A DNA stretch of 64,000 nt from Escherichia phage MN04: sequence record MT129654.1; one strand, written 5' to 3'. The translations under genes were made by a program, and so were the position numbers. Every line of letters starts with the position of its first letter. Position 1 is the first letter of the stretch. Below are positions 10,024 through 18,835 of this stretch, in pieces. The notes beneath the pieces were generated by a model that was not told the DNA's origin, made no database searches, and saw only the letters and a list, made by a program, of their open reading frames with translations.

Positions 10024-10060
10024 GTTTACAACCCTCAGAGGACGGGGTATAATGTCCTCA
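10024..10060 (+). promoter_or_regulatory. T4-type early promoter, -10 inside a hairpin
   Basis: GTTTAC 10024-10029, TATAAT 10048-10053 between inverted repeats GAGGAC and GTCCTC. Confidence 0.6.
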
Positions 10061-10096
10061 TGGATTACAAAATACCAACCGACTGAAGGAAATACT

Positions 10097-10690
10097 ATGA
10101 ATACTTTAAAGAAAATTGTTGAGTTCATCCGTTCTAAACTGGGTACCGCAATGACTCAGAACCTGTCAATCGAAGACCAGTATACTAAAGCTGCTTCTAC
10201 CCTGATTGATAAAATTACTGAACTCCAGACTGCTCATGTTAAGTCTGTGAATGAAGAAAAACGCATTCGTGCATTGGCAAATGAAAAAGACCAACTGGCT
10301 GCTTCTAAAGAACGTGAAATTCGTAAACTGATTGCCGAAGGCGCCGATGTTCAGGTACATGCTAAACTCGGCCTCCTTTATCGTCGTACAGCCACTCAAC
10401 TTCGTAAGAAAGCTGACGATTATATCGAAATGCGTAATGAAATTAAACTGAAGGTCAAGGAACTTGATGACTCTCGCCAGGAACTGGCTGTTAAGCTCGA
10501 GTACATCCGTGAAACTCGTAATATGGCTGCCCTTGGTATTGCTACTGCCGATGATGTGGTTGAAATCGCTGCACTGACTAAGATTGATATTGAAGACACT
10601 CTGATGCGTGTAGAAACGTTTAAAGGCCCACAAGTTGGAATGGATACGACTTCAGCTGATATCGAAGACTACATTAATTCACTTAAGTAA
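10097..10690 (+). CDS. coiled-coil protein (197 aa)
   Basis: ATG 10097 with SD gaagga; heptad-rich sequence. Confidence 0.5.
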   Translation: MNTLKKIVEFIRSKLGTAMTQNLSIEDQYTKAASTLIDKITELQTAHVKSVNEEKRIRALANEKDQLAASKEREIRKLIAEGADVQVHAKLGLLYRRTATQLRKKADDYIEMRNEIKLKVKELDDSRQELAVKLEYIRETRNMAALGIATADDVVEIAALTKIDIEDTLMRVETFKGPQVGMDTTSADIEDYINSLK

Positions 10691-10696
10691 TGTTAC

Positions 10697-10720
10697 CCGG
10701 AGACTTCGGTCTCCCTATTT
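10697..10720 (+). terminator. hairpin, weak terminator candidate
   Basis: ggagac-ttcg-gtctcc, but the downstream T-run is interrupted. Confidence 0.35.
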
Positions 10721-10738
10721 GGAGGAGAGGAGAATATT

Positions 10739-11284
10739 ATGAGTTTATATGATGACCTGATATCAAATGTTGGCTGGTTTAAAAATAGTGGTCTTTCCCA
10801 TGAAACTAATTCGGTTCTTTATAGAATTCGCCAAGACCTAGGTTATTCTAATGATTTCTTAAGTCGAACAAGTAGCAGCCGTGGATATACTACCAAATTA
10901 CCCTTTATCTTTGCTTTAGCTGAAGACCTTTCTTTTGCAGAAGCTTTAGAAATTATTGACGTAAATCTGGGTATTCAACGGGTGGAATTCGCTGGACTAC
11001 GTTATTCAGTATACTCTTTAAATGAACCAAGCGATTATAAACAGCTTGTTGATGCTGATGATGATTATCACTTGGTATGCTATTTGATGTTAGAAAACGG
11101 TGACCACTTTGGTATGGTCGACCGCCGTCCGAGTTATTCGGATATAAAAAACTATGATAAAGATGAGCTTATTATTTTAGCCAACGAATACACATCAGAG
11201 AGTCGTAAACAGCAACGTAAACTTAATCGTTTTATTAAAGAATGCCGTGAATACGCTAAAGAGGTTCAAAATGGAGCGGCCTAG
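10739..11284 (+). CDS. hypothetical protein (181 aa)
   Basis: ORF with SD ggaggag. Confidence 0.5.
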   Translation: MSLYDDLISNVGWFKNSGLSHETNSVLYRIRQDLGYSNDFLSRTSSSRGYTTKLPFIFALAEDLSFAEALEIIDVNLGIQRVEFAGLRYSVYSLNEPSDYKQLVDADDDYHLVCYLMLENGDHFGMVDRRPSYSDIKNYDKDELIILANEYTSESRKQQRKLNRFIKECREYAKEVQNGAA

Positions 11285-11624
11285 TCTTGCATCACATGTT
11301 TATCAATTGGCTGAATATAATATTGGTGACAATTTATTATTAGGGATTGCCACCGGTATGCTTGGTGGTTTGGTTGGTCTGGTAATGACCACGGTTATGG
11401 CTGCAATCGAAGGAGTCATGCCCGTTGAGATGGGTTTCTATATGATAATCGCTCCGGCTGTCGTGGCTTATTTTATCCCTCTCGTGTATGATATTTGCCA
11501 TACAAATGCTTTGAATGCTCCCATCCGTAAGAGATATGCTTTAGAGATGGCTAATTATAATGAGTATGTAAAACAAACCAAACGTAATGACCTTGAAACC
11601 TTTATTAAGGAATGTAAATCATGA
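11271..11624 (+). CDS. membrane protein (117 aa)
   Basis: ATG 11271 with SD aagagg; two hydrophobic helices; C-terminal FIKEC motif. Confidence 0.5.
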   Translation: MERPSLASHVYQLAEYNIGDNLLLGIATGMLGGLVGLVMTTVMAAIEGVMPVEMGFYMIIAPAVVAYFIPLVYDICHTNALNAPIRKRYALEMANYNEYVKQTKRNDLETFIKECKS

Positions 11625-11911
11625 ATAAAATTGAAATTGAAATCCCTGAATACAACGACGAGAAATCTGCAGAAAAAGCTATCTATGCTCTTCTGAATAA
11701 AGTAGATACCATCGAACATGAATGTGAAGCTATTGCCGATAAGTACGGTATTCAATTCGGAACAGGTGATTATGGCTCAGGACGTACATACTACCCCGTT
11801 GGTTATGAATGCTCACAGTGGTTTAAAGATGAAATTGAAAACAATGGTGGTGAAGTTGAAAATGGCGTCGTTACAGTTGGTGCCTGGGTCTCCTCTTCAG
11901 CATTATGCTAA
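11621..11911 (+). CDS. small protein, member 1 of a tandem W-x-S-S-x-x-C family (96 aa)
   Basis: ORF ends ...AWVSSSALC; followed by TAAGGA and the next paralog. Confidence 0.55.
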   Translation: MNKIEIEIPEYNDEKSAEKAIYALLNKVDTIEHECEAIADKYGIQFGTGDYGSGRTYYPVGYECSQWFKDEIENNGGEVENGVVTVGAWVSSSALC

Positions 11912-11920
11912 GGAAACGCT

Positions 11921-12202
11921 ATGATGAATGATAATCATAACCACCCAGAGCTTCTGGCCGCAGTAAAAGAAATTCATGAAGCTATTCGTCGTGCCGAGGA
12001 AATTGCAGACAAATATGAGTCCCATTTTAATATATACCCTGCTCGCGGTATGGGCGGCGACTATTATTCTCCTGGTGCCTTGAAAGCTGACCTTGCCCAT
12101 TGGGAAGAAGATGGTCATCCTGAATGGGCTATTGTTAATACTCATGACTATACAACTGACCTGGAAAATGGTGGTTGGGTGTCCTCTTCTTCTGAATGTT
12201 AA
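11921..12202 (+). CDS. small protein, member 2 of the tandem family (93 aa)
   Basis: Ends ...GWVSSSSEC; SD taaggaa upstream. Confidence 0.55.
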   Translation: MMNDNHNHPELLAAVKEIHEAIRRAEEIADKYESHFNIYPARGMGGDYYSPGALKADLAHWEEDGHPEWAIVNTHDYTTDLENGGWVSSSSEC

Positions 12203-12211
12203 GGAAATATT

Positions 12212-12409
12212 ATGTCTCGTGAATTAGATTGTGCAATCCGAACTGCCGCCGCAGCTATTGAAAACGTTATCCAGATTTGTAAAGAAGAACGCGAAGAAGC
12301 TGATATCTATATCGATGGTGTTCGTGACTTAGAACGACATATCACGCTTTATAATGGTTGTATTACTATTAGTGGTACCTCTTGGGTATCATCCTCTTAC
12401 GAATGCTAA
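12212..12409 (+). CDS. small protein, member 3 of the tandem family (65 aa)
   Basis: Ends ...SWVSSSYEC. Confidence 0.55.
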   Translation: MSRELDCAIRTAAAAIENVIQICKEEREEADIYIDGVRDLERHITLYNGCITISGTSWVSSSYEC

Positions 12410-12418
12410 GGTAATAAA

Positions 12419-12631
12419 ATGACTATTGATGAAATCGAAAAACAAATCCGTGAATTAGTACGTAAAGGCCAGTCCGTGGCTGACGAAACAGGTGAAGAGT
12501 TCCATGTTTCCGGACGTGGACAATACATTTCTCCAAAGAATCCGGAATATGATGATTACGAATGGGTCCGTGACGATTACGGTATCCCAGATGGTGAAGG
12601 TTTCTGGTTTACATCCTCTATGTCTTGCTAA
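12419..12631 (+). CDS. small protein, member 4 of the tandem family (70 aa)
   Basis: Ends ...FWFTSSMSC. Confidence 0.55.
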   Translation: MTIDEIEKQIRELVRKGQSVADETGEEFHVSGRGQYISPKNPEYDDYEWVRDDYGIPDGEGFWFTSSMSC

Positions 12632-12642
12632 GGAATAAAAAA

Positions 12643-12867
12643 ATGACCGATATTGATGAATTAGAAAAAGCTGCCCTTGAACTGGCTGCCCTGTATAAGA
12701 AAGTAAAAGATATGGCTTCTGCTCAGGATTTTGGTGTTGAGCTAGATGATTATGACGGTGAAGTTCGTCTTGAAGATTGGCTGAATAGTTCTTGTTATGG
12801 TGAAGAAGCTGGTCGTACCTTCGTTGCTCGTCCCGATGGTAAAATCTGGTACCCGAGCTCATGCTAA
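12643..12867 (+). CDS. small protein, member 5 of the tandem family (74 aa)
   Basis: Ends ...KIWYPSSC; ATG 12643 after SD taaggaa. Confidence 0.5.
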   Translation: MTDIDELEKAALELAALYKKVKDMASAQDFGVELDDYDGEVRLEDWLNSSCYGEEAGRTFVARPDGKIWYPSSC

Positions 12868-13088
12868 AATTAAAGAAAAGATATATTCGTAAAATAAACG
12901 GTCTTCGTGATTATGCCAAAGGTTGGCCGTTAAGTATTATTATGGCCGATAGACACCCACGTTATAATACTGAGATGACTTATTACAAAAAGTATGATTC
13001 ATATTGTCGGTCTAAAGCTGGTCGTTTAGATGGTTCTTATGAAGAATATTTTGGCAAAAAACCTACTCGTATTTCGTTAGGAAAATAA
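12861..13088 (+). CDS. hypothetical basic protein (75 aa)
   Basis: ORF overlapping upstream stop by 7 nt. Confidence 0.35.
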   Translation: MLKLKKRYIRKINGLRDYAKGWPLSIIMADRHPRYNTEMTYYKKYDSYCRSKAGRLDGSYEEYFGKKPTRISLGK

Positions 13089-13118
13089 TTTAACCACAAG
13101 GATGTGGTAGGAGGACTT

Positions 13119-13448
13119 ATGCACAAAGATTCAGTATTCAAATACCTTTTGAAAACAGATAAAGAATTCTATATGAATGGACAAGCTTTCTTGTTCATTC
13201 GTGGTAAACGTGAGATGTTTTATAAATGCGACCTCTCAATGCATCATCATATGTATCATACTCATGGTGAGCCTATACTAGGGTTTTCTGGTGACGAGAC
13301 TAGACGCATAGCTATGTACTACGACCATTTTAAGCTCAATGATTGTGGTGACAACGCTTTGGTCTGGAACCCGTCTTGGCGTCGTTGGGATACAGTAGAC
13401 AACGATAAATTATTTTTAGAATATTGCAGAAGTGATGTACAACTCTAA
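13119..13448 (+). CDS. hypothetical His-rich protein (109 aa)
   Basis: ATG 13119 with SD gtaggagga; HHHMYHTHGE stretch. Confidence 0.5.
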   Translation: MHKDSVFKYLLKTDKEFYMNGQAFLFIRGKREMFYKCDLSMHHHMYHTHGEPILGFSGDETRRIAMYYDHFKLNDCGDNALVWNPSWRRWDTVDNDKLFLEYCRSDVQL

Positions 13449-13492
13449 AAATACGTGTTACTATTACCGTACACCAACATGAGGAGAACATT

Positions 13493-13732
13493 ATGTGGTA
13501 TTACTCTCCACTGTCTGATAAGTCTGATGAGCCGGTACGAATTAGTCGTGCTAAGTTTAAAAAGATTTATGGCTTTGCCTATAAGAAGTCTGATTACGGC
13601 GTTCGTTTTGAAGATGCCCACTGTATCAATGACCCTTATGCAGAAGAAATCTCTAATGAGATAATTCCTATCATTAAGAATAATTCTGATGATATGTGGG
13701 AGTTGCATAACGATTATGTTGCTGAAATTTAA
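13493..13732 (+). CDS. hypothetical protein (79 aa)
   Basis: ORF with SD gaggag. Confidence 0.5.
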   Translation: MWYYSPLSDKSDEPVRISRAKFKKIYGFAYKKSDYGVRFEDAHCINDPYAEEISNEIIPIIKNNSDDMWELHNDYVAEI

Positions 13733-13753
13733 GTTTACTCTGAGGAAAATATT

Positions 13754-13921
13754 ATGTATAATGTTCTTATTGTTTTTGTTACTCACCCACAAGGTGGCGT
13801 AAGGCAGAATACTTCCCAAGTGGTCCAATTTTCTTCGGTAGAGGCTGCTAATCTAGCCGCAACGCGTATTGAAGCAAAAAAATCTGAACTGGGTAAATAT
13901 GAAGTAACTCGTCTTTATTAA
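13754..13921 (+). CDS. small protein (55 aa)
   Basis: ATG 13754 preceded by the conserved gaggaaaatattatg initiation region; not in the ORF track because under 60 aa. Confidence 0.4.
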   Translation: MYNVLIVFVTHPQGGVRQNTSQVVQFSSVEAANLAATRIEAKKSELGKYEVTRLY

Positions 13922-13934
13922 TGAGGAAAATATT

Positions 13935-14894
13935 ATGATGTTAGTTATTGGTTCTCGTGCACTGCACCAAGCTGGTCTGATTGAAAGTAAGTATATCGAA
14001 AATTCTGATTGGGATTTCATTGCCGACCAAGGCTCATGGAATCACTTTAAAGCCCGGATGTTCGGCGCTCATGTTCCTGTGGATAATCCTGATGTCCAGG
14101 CCTTTAAATGTATGTACAATGGTAAAGAAACCTATTTTGAAGCTTATATCGTCCGTGCCCTGACTAACGTACGAGAAATCACCGGCGAGCTTCAGGACGA
14201 AGATTTCACCTCAAGTTATCGTCTCCTGAAATATGCCGAAAATCATATTAAAAAGGACCGTCTTACGGGTTTCTATTGGGCCACACCTGATATCTGTCTG
14301 GCCATCAAAATGAGCCATCGTTATCTGAAGAATAACCCTTTCTTTTTGAAGACGATGTCCCACATCAAATACCTTCGTAATAAAGGTGTAACCCTGAATG
14401 AAGAGCTCCAAGAAATCATGCTGCAACGTCAGAAAGAAACGTTGAGCTATTCTCATCCTAAATTGGATGTAAACAAATCATCATTCTTTAATGACACCAT
14501 TTATACGCTAGACCATGACTCTATCCACGAAGCTGTGGCATTGGCTGGACGCCCTGCATATACCTTTTATATGAAAGATGGTTCTGAAGTCATGACCTCA
14601 CGTGAGAAGTTTGAAGCTTTGCCTGAAGCTATTAAACTGGCTGGCGTATATGAAGAAACTTGTGTGTTGGCCCTAGAACGTTCACAGGTTCCTAATGACT
14701 TCAATATTTCACCATCATTAAGTTTCTATATGGCTCTTGAGAAAGTGTGTACCTCAATCACTTCAGGCTGGTTCCGCGAGTATGCCTGGGAAAACTACCA
14801 AGCTGTAGTGAATATGTATAAGACGCTAGGTGAAAATGACTACATCAAGCGATTCCAAGATAACCAACATTTAATTCGTCCTTTCACAAAATAA
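13935..14894 (+). CDS. hypothetical protein with possible nucleotidyltransferase-fold motif (319 aa)
   Basis: Conserved initiation region; N-terminal GS...x16...SDWD pattern. Confidence 0.55.
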   Translation: MMLVIGSRALHQAGLIESKYIENSDWDFIADQGSWNHFKARMFGAHVPVDNPDVQAFKCMYNGKETYFEAYIVRALTNVREITGELQDEDFTSSYRLLKYAENHIKKDRLTGFYWATPDICLAIKMSHRYLKNNPFFLKTMSHIKYLRNKGVTLNEELQEIMLQRQKETLSYSHPKLDVNKSSFFNDTIYTLDHDSIHEAVALAGRPAYTFYMKDGSEVMTSREKFEALPEAIKLAGVYEETCVLALERSQVPNDFNISPSLSFYMALEKVCTSITSGWFREYAWENYQAVVNMYKTLGENDYIKRFQDNQHLIRPFTK

Positions 14895-14906
14895 TTGCAT
14901 AAAACA

Positions 14907-14950
14907 GTATACAAGGTCTATAGGTGTGATACTATAGACCTATCAAAACA
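14907..14950 (+). promoter_or_regulatory. T4-type early promoter cassette
   Basis: GTATAC -35 variant, inverted repeat ggtctatag/ctatagacc, core gatactatagacctatcaa. Confidence 0.55.
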
Positions 14951-14972
14951 ACAGAGTGAAATGGAGAATAAA

Positions 14973-15185
14973 ATGAAACTTTCTAACCAAGCAATCAACA
15001 TGTTAAACGAAGTTCGTGCAGCTGGTGCTAAATGTCTGATGGTTAACACTCGTGACGGTGACCTTCGTCAAGCATTTGGTGAATTGAAATCTGCTGACCT
15101 GGTTAAATGTTCAGTTGGTATTGGTAACGCACTTCGTGTATCCTTATCCCCTAAAGGTAAAATGTACTTTTTCAACAAAAAGTAA
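14973..15185 (+). CDS. hypothetical protein (70 aa)
   Basis: ATG 14973 with SD ggag. Confidence 0.5.
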   Translation: MKLSNQAINMLNEVRAAGAKCLMVNTRDGDLRQAFGELKSADLVKCSVGIGNALRVSLSPKGKMYFFNKK

Positions 15186-15199
15186 TTGAGGAAAATATT

Positions 15200-15886
15200 A
15201 TGAACAGCCCGAAAACTTTTAATTCTCAAGCTCGTGCAGTAGGCGGTTTCGCCGGTAAAATTTCTAACGATAAAATCAAAAATGAAACTATGTTCTTCAA
15301 CAGCTCATTGGCTTTCGCTTTTGATAATGGTGGTCCTATTACTCGCAGCTTCATCATGAACCTGCCAGATGGGTGGAACACCGACCAGGTTGTATTTGAT
15401 TCTCGGGTTCATATGCTGATGCCTGGTTGGTATCCTGCTATCCCAGGTTATCACCATGATGATGTACCACGTCCGGATATTCCGGTTGGTCAACACTTTA
15501 TTACTGCAGGGCAACCTGATTATGATAATCCTCGATACCATTCTGAACATATTCTTGGTCTTGTTAACGCTGATGTGTGTCCTACTTATTTTGCAACCGG
15601 AACTGCGCAATTTAGCCAGATTCCTGAAGGCGAACTTATCTATCGCCAGTGGCATAAAGAAGTTCTGGAAAAAATCGAGTCCAATGAATTAACCAAGTGG
15701 GATGCTCCTGACCGCACATTGCTCCAGTTTGATTGGCAGACATGGCATACAGGTTCTCGTGCAGTAAGTAACGGTTGGCGCTGGTTTGGTCGTGTGTCTC
15801 GTAATACTGACCGTGTTAAAAAGATTACAAATGAAATCCGCGTTAATGCTCAAGTATATCTGGAATTCCCTATGGAGGGCTGGTAA
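15200..15886 (+). CDS. hypothetical protein (228 aa)
   Basis: Conserved initiation region gaggaaaatattatg; coupled to the downstream gene. Confidence 0.55.
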   Translation: MNSPKTFNSQARAVGGFAGKISNDKIKNETMFFNSSLAFAFDNGGPITRSFIMNLPDGWNTDQVVFDSRVHMLMPGWYPAIPGYHHDDVPRPDIPVGQHFITAGQPDYDNPRYHSEHILGLVNADVCPTYFATGTAQFSQIPEGELIYRQWHKEVLEKIESNELTKWDAPDRTLLQFDWQTWHTGSRAVSNGWRWFGRVSRNTDRVKKITNEIRVNAQVYLEFPMEGW

Positions 15887-16473
15887 TGGCCCTTTATGAA
15901 CCAGGTTGTATGGGTGTTGATGTAAACTTCATCCGTCGGTCTGAAAATGCCGGAATCATTATCCCAAGTGGTGAGAATATGATTATTAAAAAGTCCTGGC
16001 GAAATATTGATGATGGTGATGAAGGAATTTCAGCCAGTACAATAGATTGGTCAGGTTGTACTGCTGAAATGAAACAACTTTTAATTGAGGAATATAAAAT
16101 GGGTTATATCGTAAATGGTTGGCAACCAGAACCTCATAAAGAACAGACTCCAGACCCATTGATTTGTTATAGCAAAAAATATGGCTTTCGTGCATGGAGT
16201 GATGAATACGACAAATTGGTGAGTTCTAGGTTCTATGTTTGGATGGGTATATTATTTTTCCCACTCCTAGGGTTTTTCCTGACAACAGATAATGACCTGC
16301 CTATTACTGTATTCGCTTCGGCCATGTCTGCAGCTATCTTAGGTCTTATTGCATCATTTTTATGGACCTCTGTTATCGAAGTACCTTTTCGTATTTCTAA
16401 AGTTAAAAAGGTGTATGACGATATAACCAAGAAAAATACATTAAACTCTTTTATTGAGGAATGCCGTAAATGA
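15886..16473 (+). CDS. membrane protein (195 aa) with C-terminal FIEEC motif
   Basis: TAATG coupling; hydrophobic segments; C-terminus resembles those of the ORFs ending at 11284 and 11624. Confidence 0.5.
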   Translation: MALYEPGCMGVDVNFIRRSENAGIIIPSGENMIIKKSWRNIDDGDEGISASTIDWSGCTAEMKQLLIEEYKMGYIVNGWQPEPHKEQTPDPLICYSKKYGFRAWSDEYDKLVSSRFYVWMGILFFPLLGFFLTTDNDLPITVFASAMSAAILGLIASFLWTSVIEVPFRISKVKKVYDDITKKNTLNSFIEECRK

Positions 16474-16706
16474 GTATTGCAATTTATATTAAATCTGAGT
16501 CGTGTGATTCTTATCTGTATTCCTATGATACGGGTACATCAGAAGAGAAAATCAAAGAAGATTTAGAAAGCGACTTGGATATGTTCCGCCCTATTTCTGA
16601 CTATATGGTCCAAATATCTGATAGTGAAAGTCCGTCAACAGAAACGTGTGTTGAAATTATTATACGAGATATTTTTGAACAATCATGGAAACGAGACGAT
16701 GAGTAA
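16470..16706 (+). CDS. small acidic protein (78 aa)
   Basis: ATGA-coupled ORF. Confidence 0.45.
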   Translation: MSIAIYIKSESCDSYLYSYDTGTSEEKIKEDLESDLDMFRPISDYMVQISDSESPSTETCVEIIIRDIFEQSWKRDDE

Positions 16707-17145
16707 AGTTAAAGAATTATCCGCAGGTATTTTGTTCATGACCGCCGATAAAGAATTGGTTATGGGTCGTGTAACAGGCTCTCGTAATCCAGAGAACATG
16801 CGTCATAAATGGGACATTCCTAAAGGTCATGTCGAACCAGGCGAAGAGCCTATTCAAGCAGCAATGCGTGAAACCGAAGAAGAGATTGGATTCACGGCAT
16901 ACGACCCTGCGTTCCTGAAAGACCTAGGTGAGTTCAAATATTCAAGCAATAAGAATCTACACCTGTTCTTATATACTGTGCCTGTCGAACACGAGCAGTT
17001 CAAGAATTGCAAATGTACAGCTTACCATACGTTCCCTGATGGTCGTACGATTCCGGAATTCGACGCTTTCGCTTTGATTAAACGTCCGCAATGGGAATAT
17101 GTCATGGGCCCGTCGATGTTTAAGGTTTTAGATTCGCTCTTTTGA
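16699..17145 (+). CDS. Nudix hydrolase (148 aa), counterpart of T4 e.1/NudE
   Basis: Nudix box GHVEPGEEPIQAAMRETEEEIGF; located just upstream of endolysin e as in T4. Confidence 0.8.
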   Translation: MSKVKELSAGILFMTADKELVMGRVTGSRNPENMRHKWDIPKGHVEPGEEPIQAAMRETEEEIGFTAYDPAFLKDLGEFKYSSNKNLHLFLYTVPVEHEQFKNCKCTAYHTFPDGRTIPEFDAFALIKRPQWEYVMGPSMFKVLDSLF

Positions 17146-17175
17146 TATAAATACCTCCTATAATCAGGAGGTATT
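17146..17175 (+). promoter_or_regulatory. late promoter TATAAATA fused to an RBS-sequestering hairpin for gene e
   Basis: TATAAATA 17146-17153; hairpin acctcc-tataatc-aggagg places the SD in the 3' arm; same arrangement is known for T4 gene e. Confidence 0.6.
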
Positions 17176-17664
17176 ATGGATATTTTTGATATGTTACGTC
17201 AAGACGAAGGTCTTGATTTAAATCTTTATAAAGACACTGAAGGTTATTGGACTATTGGTATTGGCCAGTTAGTTACCAAGAACCCATCTAAAGATGTTGC
17301 TCGCGCTGAACTTGATAAGCTTATGGGCCGAGTTTGTAATGGTCGTATTACTATGGCTGAAGCTGAACAACTCTTTAATCGTTCAGTGGAAAATGCTCGT
17401 AGAGCTATAATGCGTAATCCTAAATTGAAACCGGTTTATGATGTGCTGGACGAAGTTCGTCGTTGCGCATTGATTAATATGGTCTTCCAAATGGGCGAAG
17501 CTGGTGTAGCAGGATTTACCAACTCTCTGCGTATGCTCCAACAGAAACGTTGGGATGATGCCGCAGTTAACCTGGCGCAGTCTCGTTGGTACAAGCAAAC
17601 CCCGAATCGTGCCAAGCGTGTTATCGCCACTTTTAAAACAGGTACTTGGGCTGCTTATAGATAA
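17176..17664 (+). CDS. e: endolysin (T4 lysozyme e, 162 aa)
   Basis: [32 protein letters not shown]... is near-identical in pattern to T4 lysozyme. Confidence 0.95.
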   Translation: MDIFDMLRQDEGLDLNLYKDTEGYWTIGIGQLVTKNPSKDVARAELDKLMGRVCNGRITMAEAEQLFNRSVENARRAIMRNPKLKPVYDVLDEVRRCALINMVFQMGEAGVAGFTNSLRMLQQKRWDDAAVNLAQSRWYKQTPNRAKRVIATFKTGTWAAYR

Positions 17665-17669
17665 AAGCA

Positions 17670-17705
17670 GTTTACATCTCCTAGAATTGTGATAGTATAT
17701 CTACA
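17670..17705 (+). promoter_or_regulatory. T4-type early promoter
   Basis: GTTTAC 17670-17675, -10 TAGTAT 17694-17699. Confidence 0.5.
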
Positions 17706-17748
17706 GTTACTTGAACAGACTAATTAAATTTACATTTGAAGGACCCGT

Positions 17749-18345
17749 ATGAAAACGTATAAAGAATTTATCACCGAAGCTACTGCAGGAAAGGTCAAAG
17801 GCATTAATAAAGATGAGTGGACCTACCGAGGAAACGGCGTTGACAACCCAGGAAACGGCTTTGACGCTAAAACAGCTCCTATTGAACGGTATTTAGCTAC
17901 AAAAGCTTCCGACTTTAAAGCTTTCGCCTGGGAAGGACTTCGCTGGCGTAACGACCTAAATATTGAAGCTGATGGACTTAAATTTGCTCATATTCAGGAT
18001 GTTGTTGCTAGTAACTTAGACGCAGCTTTTGTTAAAGCTGACAGCGACCTTCGTCGCTGGAATTTAAAACTGTTCTCTAAACAGAAAGGTCCGGTATTTG
18101 TACCTAAAGCAGGTAAATGGACTATTGATAATAAATTGGCTAAAGCAGTCAACTTCGCTGGTCTTGAATTTGCCAAGCATAAATCAGCATGGAAAGGTCT
18201 TGATACAATGGCTTTCCGTAAAGAATTTGCCGATGTTATGACTAAAGCCGGCTTTAAGGCAGAGCTAGATACCTCTAAAGGTACGTTTAAAGACGCTAAT
18301 ATTCAGTACGCTTACGCCGTTGCTAATGCCGCTCGTGGTAATTAA
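17749..18345 (+). CDS. internal protein with CTS MKTYKEFITEA (198 aa)
   Basis: CTS N-terminus; SD gaagga. Confidence 0.65.
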   Translation: MKTYKEFITEATAGKVKGINKDEWTYRGNGVDNPGNGFDAKTAPIERYLATKASDFKAFAWEGLRWRNDLNIEADGLKFAHIQDVVASNLDAAFVKADSDLRRWNLKLFSKQKGPVFVPKAGKWTIDNKLAKAVNFAGLEFAKHKSAWKGLDTMAFRKEFADVMTKAGFKAELDTSKGTFKDANIQYAYAVANAARGN

Positions 18346-18405
18346 TAAAGCCTATACTGACCCTTAAATCCGTGATAGAATACTTCTATCAACTTAAGGA
18401 ATAAT

Positions 18406-18705
18406 ATGAAAACTTATCAAGAATTTATTACAGAAGCCAAAGCTCCTAAAGCATTCCAAATAGGTGTCCAAGGCACCTTAGACCAAGAATATGTTGATGC
18501 TATTGTAGCAAGCCTCGGTAAACAGGGTGTACAAGTGGATTTGGTTGATTTTACTAAAGGTAATACTTTTAATATTGTTACATCTAAAGGCTCTTTAGCT
18601 AAAGTTAAAAAGGCCTTTGGTGTAGCCCAAGCATACGAAATCGACCACTCCGAATTGGAAAATAAAGGTCGCCAGAACACAATTAAAGGTTCTGGTTCTT
18701 TCTAA
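18406..18705 (+). CDS. internal protein with CTS MKTYQEFITEA (99 aa)
   Basis: CTS N-terminus; SD taaggaa. Confidence 0.65.
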   Translation: MKTYQEFITEAKAPKAFQIGVQGTLDQEYVDAIVASLGKQGVQVDLVDFTKGNTFNIVTSKGSLAKVKKAFGVAQAYEIDHSELENKGRQNTIKGSGSF

Positions 18706-18801
18706 TAAAGGCAAGCCGGCCCTCTCCTCATGAACGTCGCGTCCTCTGAGTGATGGACCTTTCCCTACCTGTAATAAGGTCGAGCCCAAGTGCGGTAAAG
18801 G

Positions 18802-18835
18802 GTTTACATACGGATACATGGATGAATTATGTGCC
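18802..18835 (+). promoter_or_regulatory. candidate early promoter
   Basis: GTTTAC 18802-18807 with AATTAT 17 nt downstream. Confidence 0.4.
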
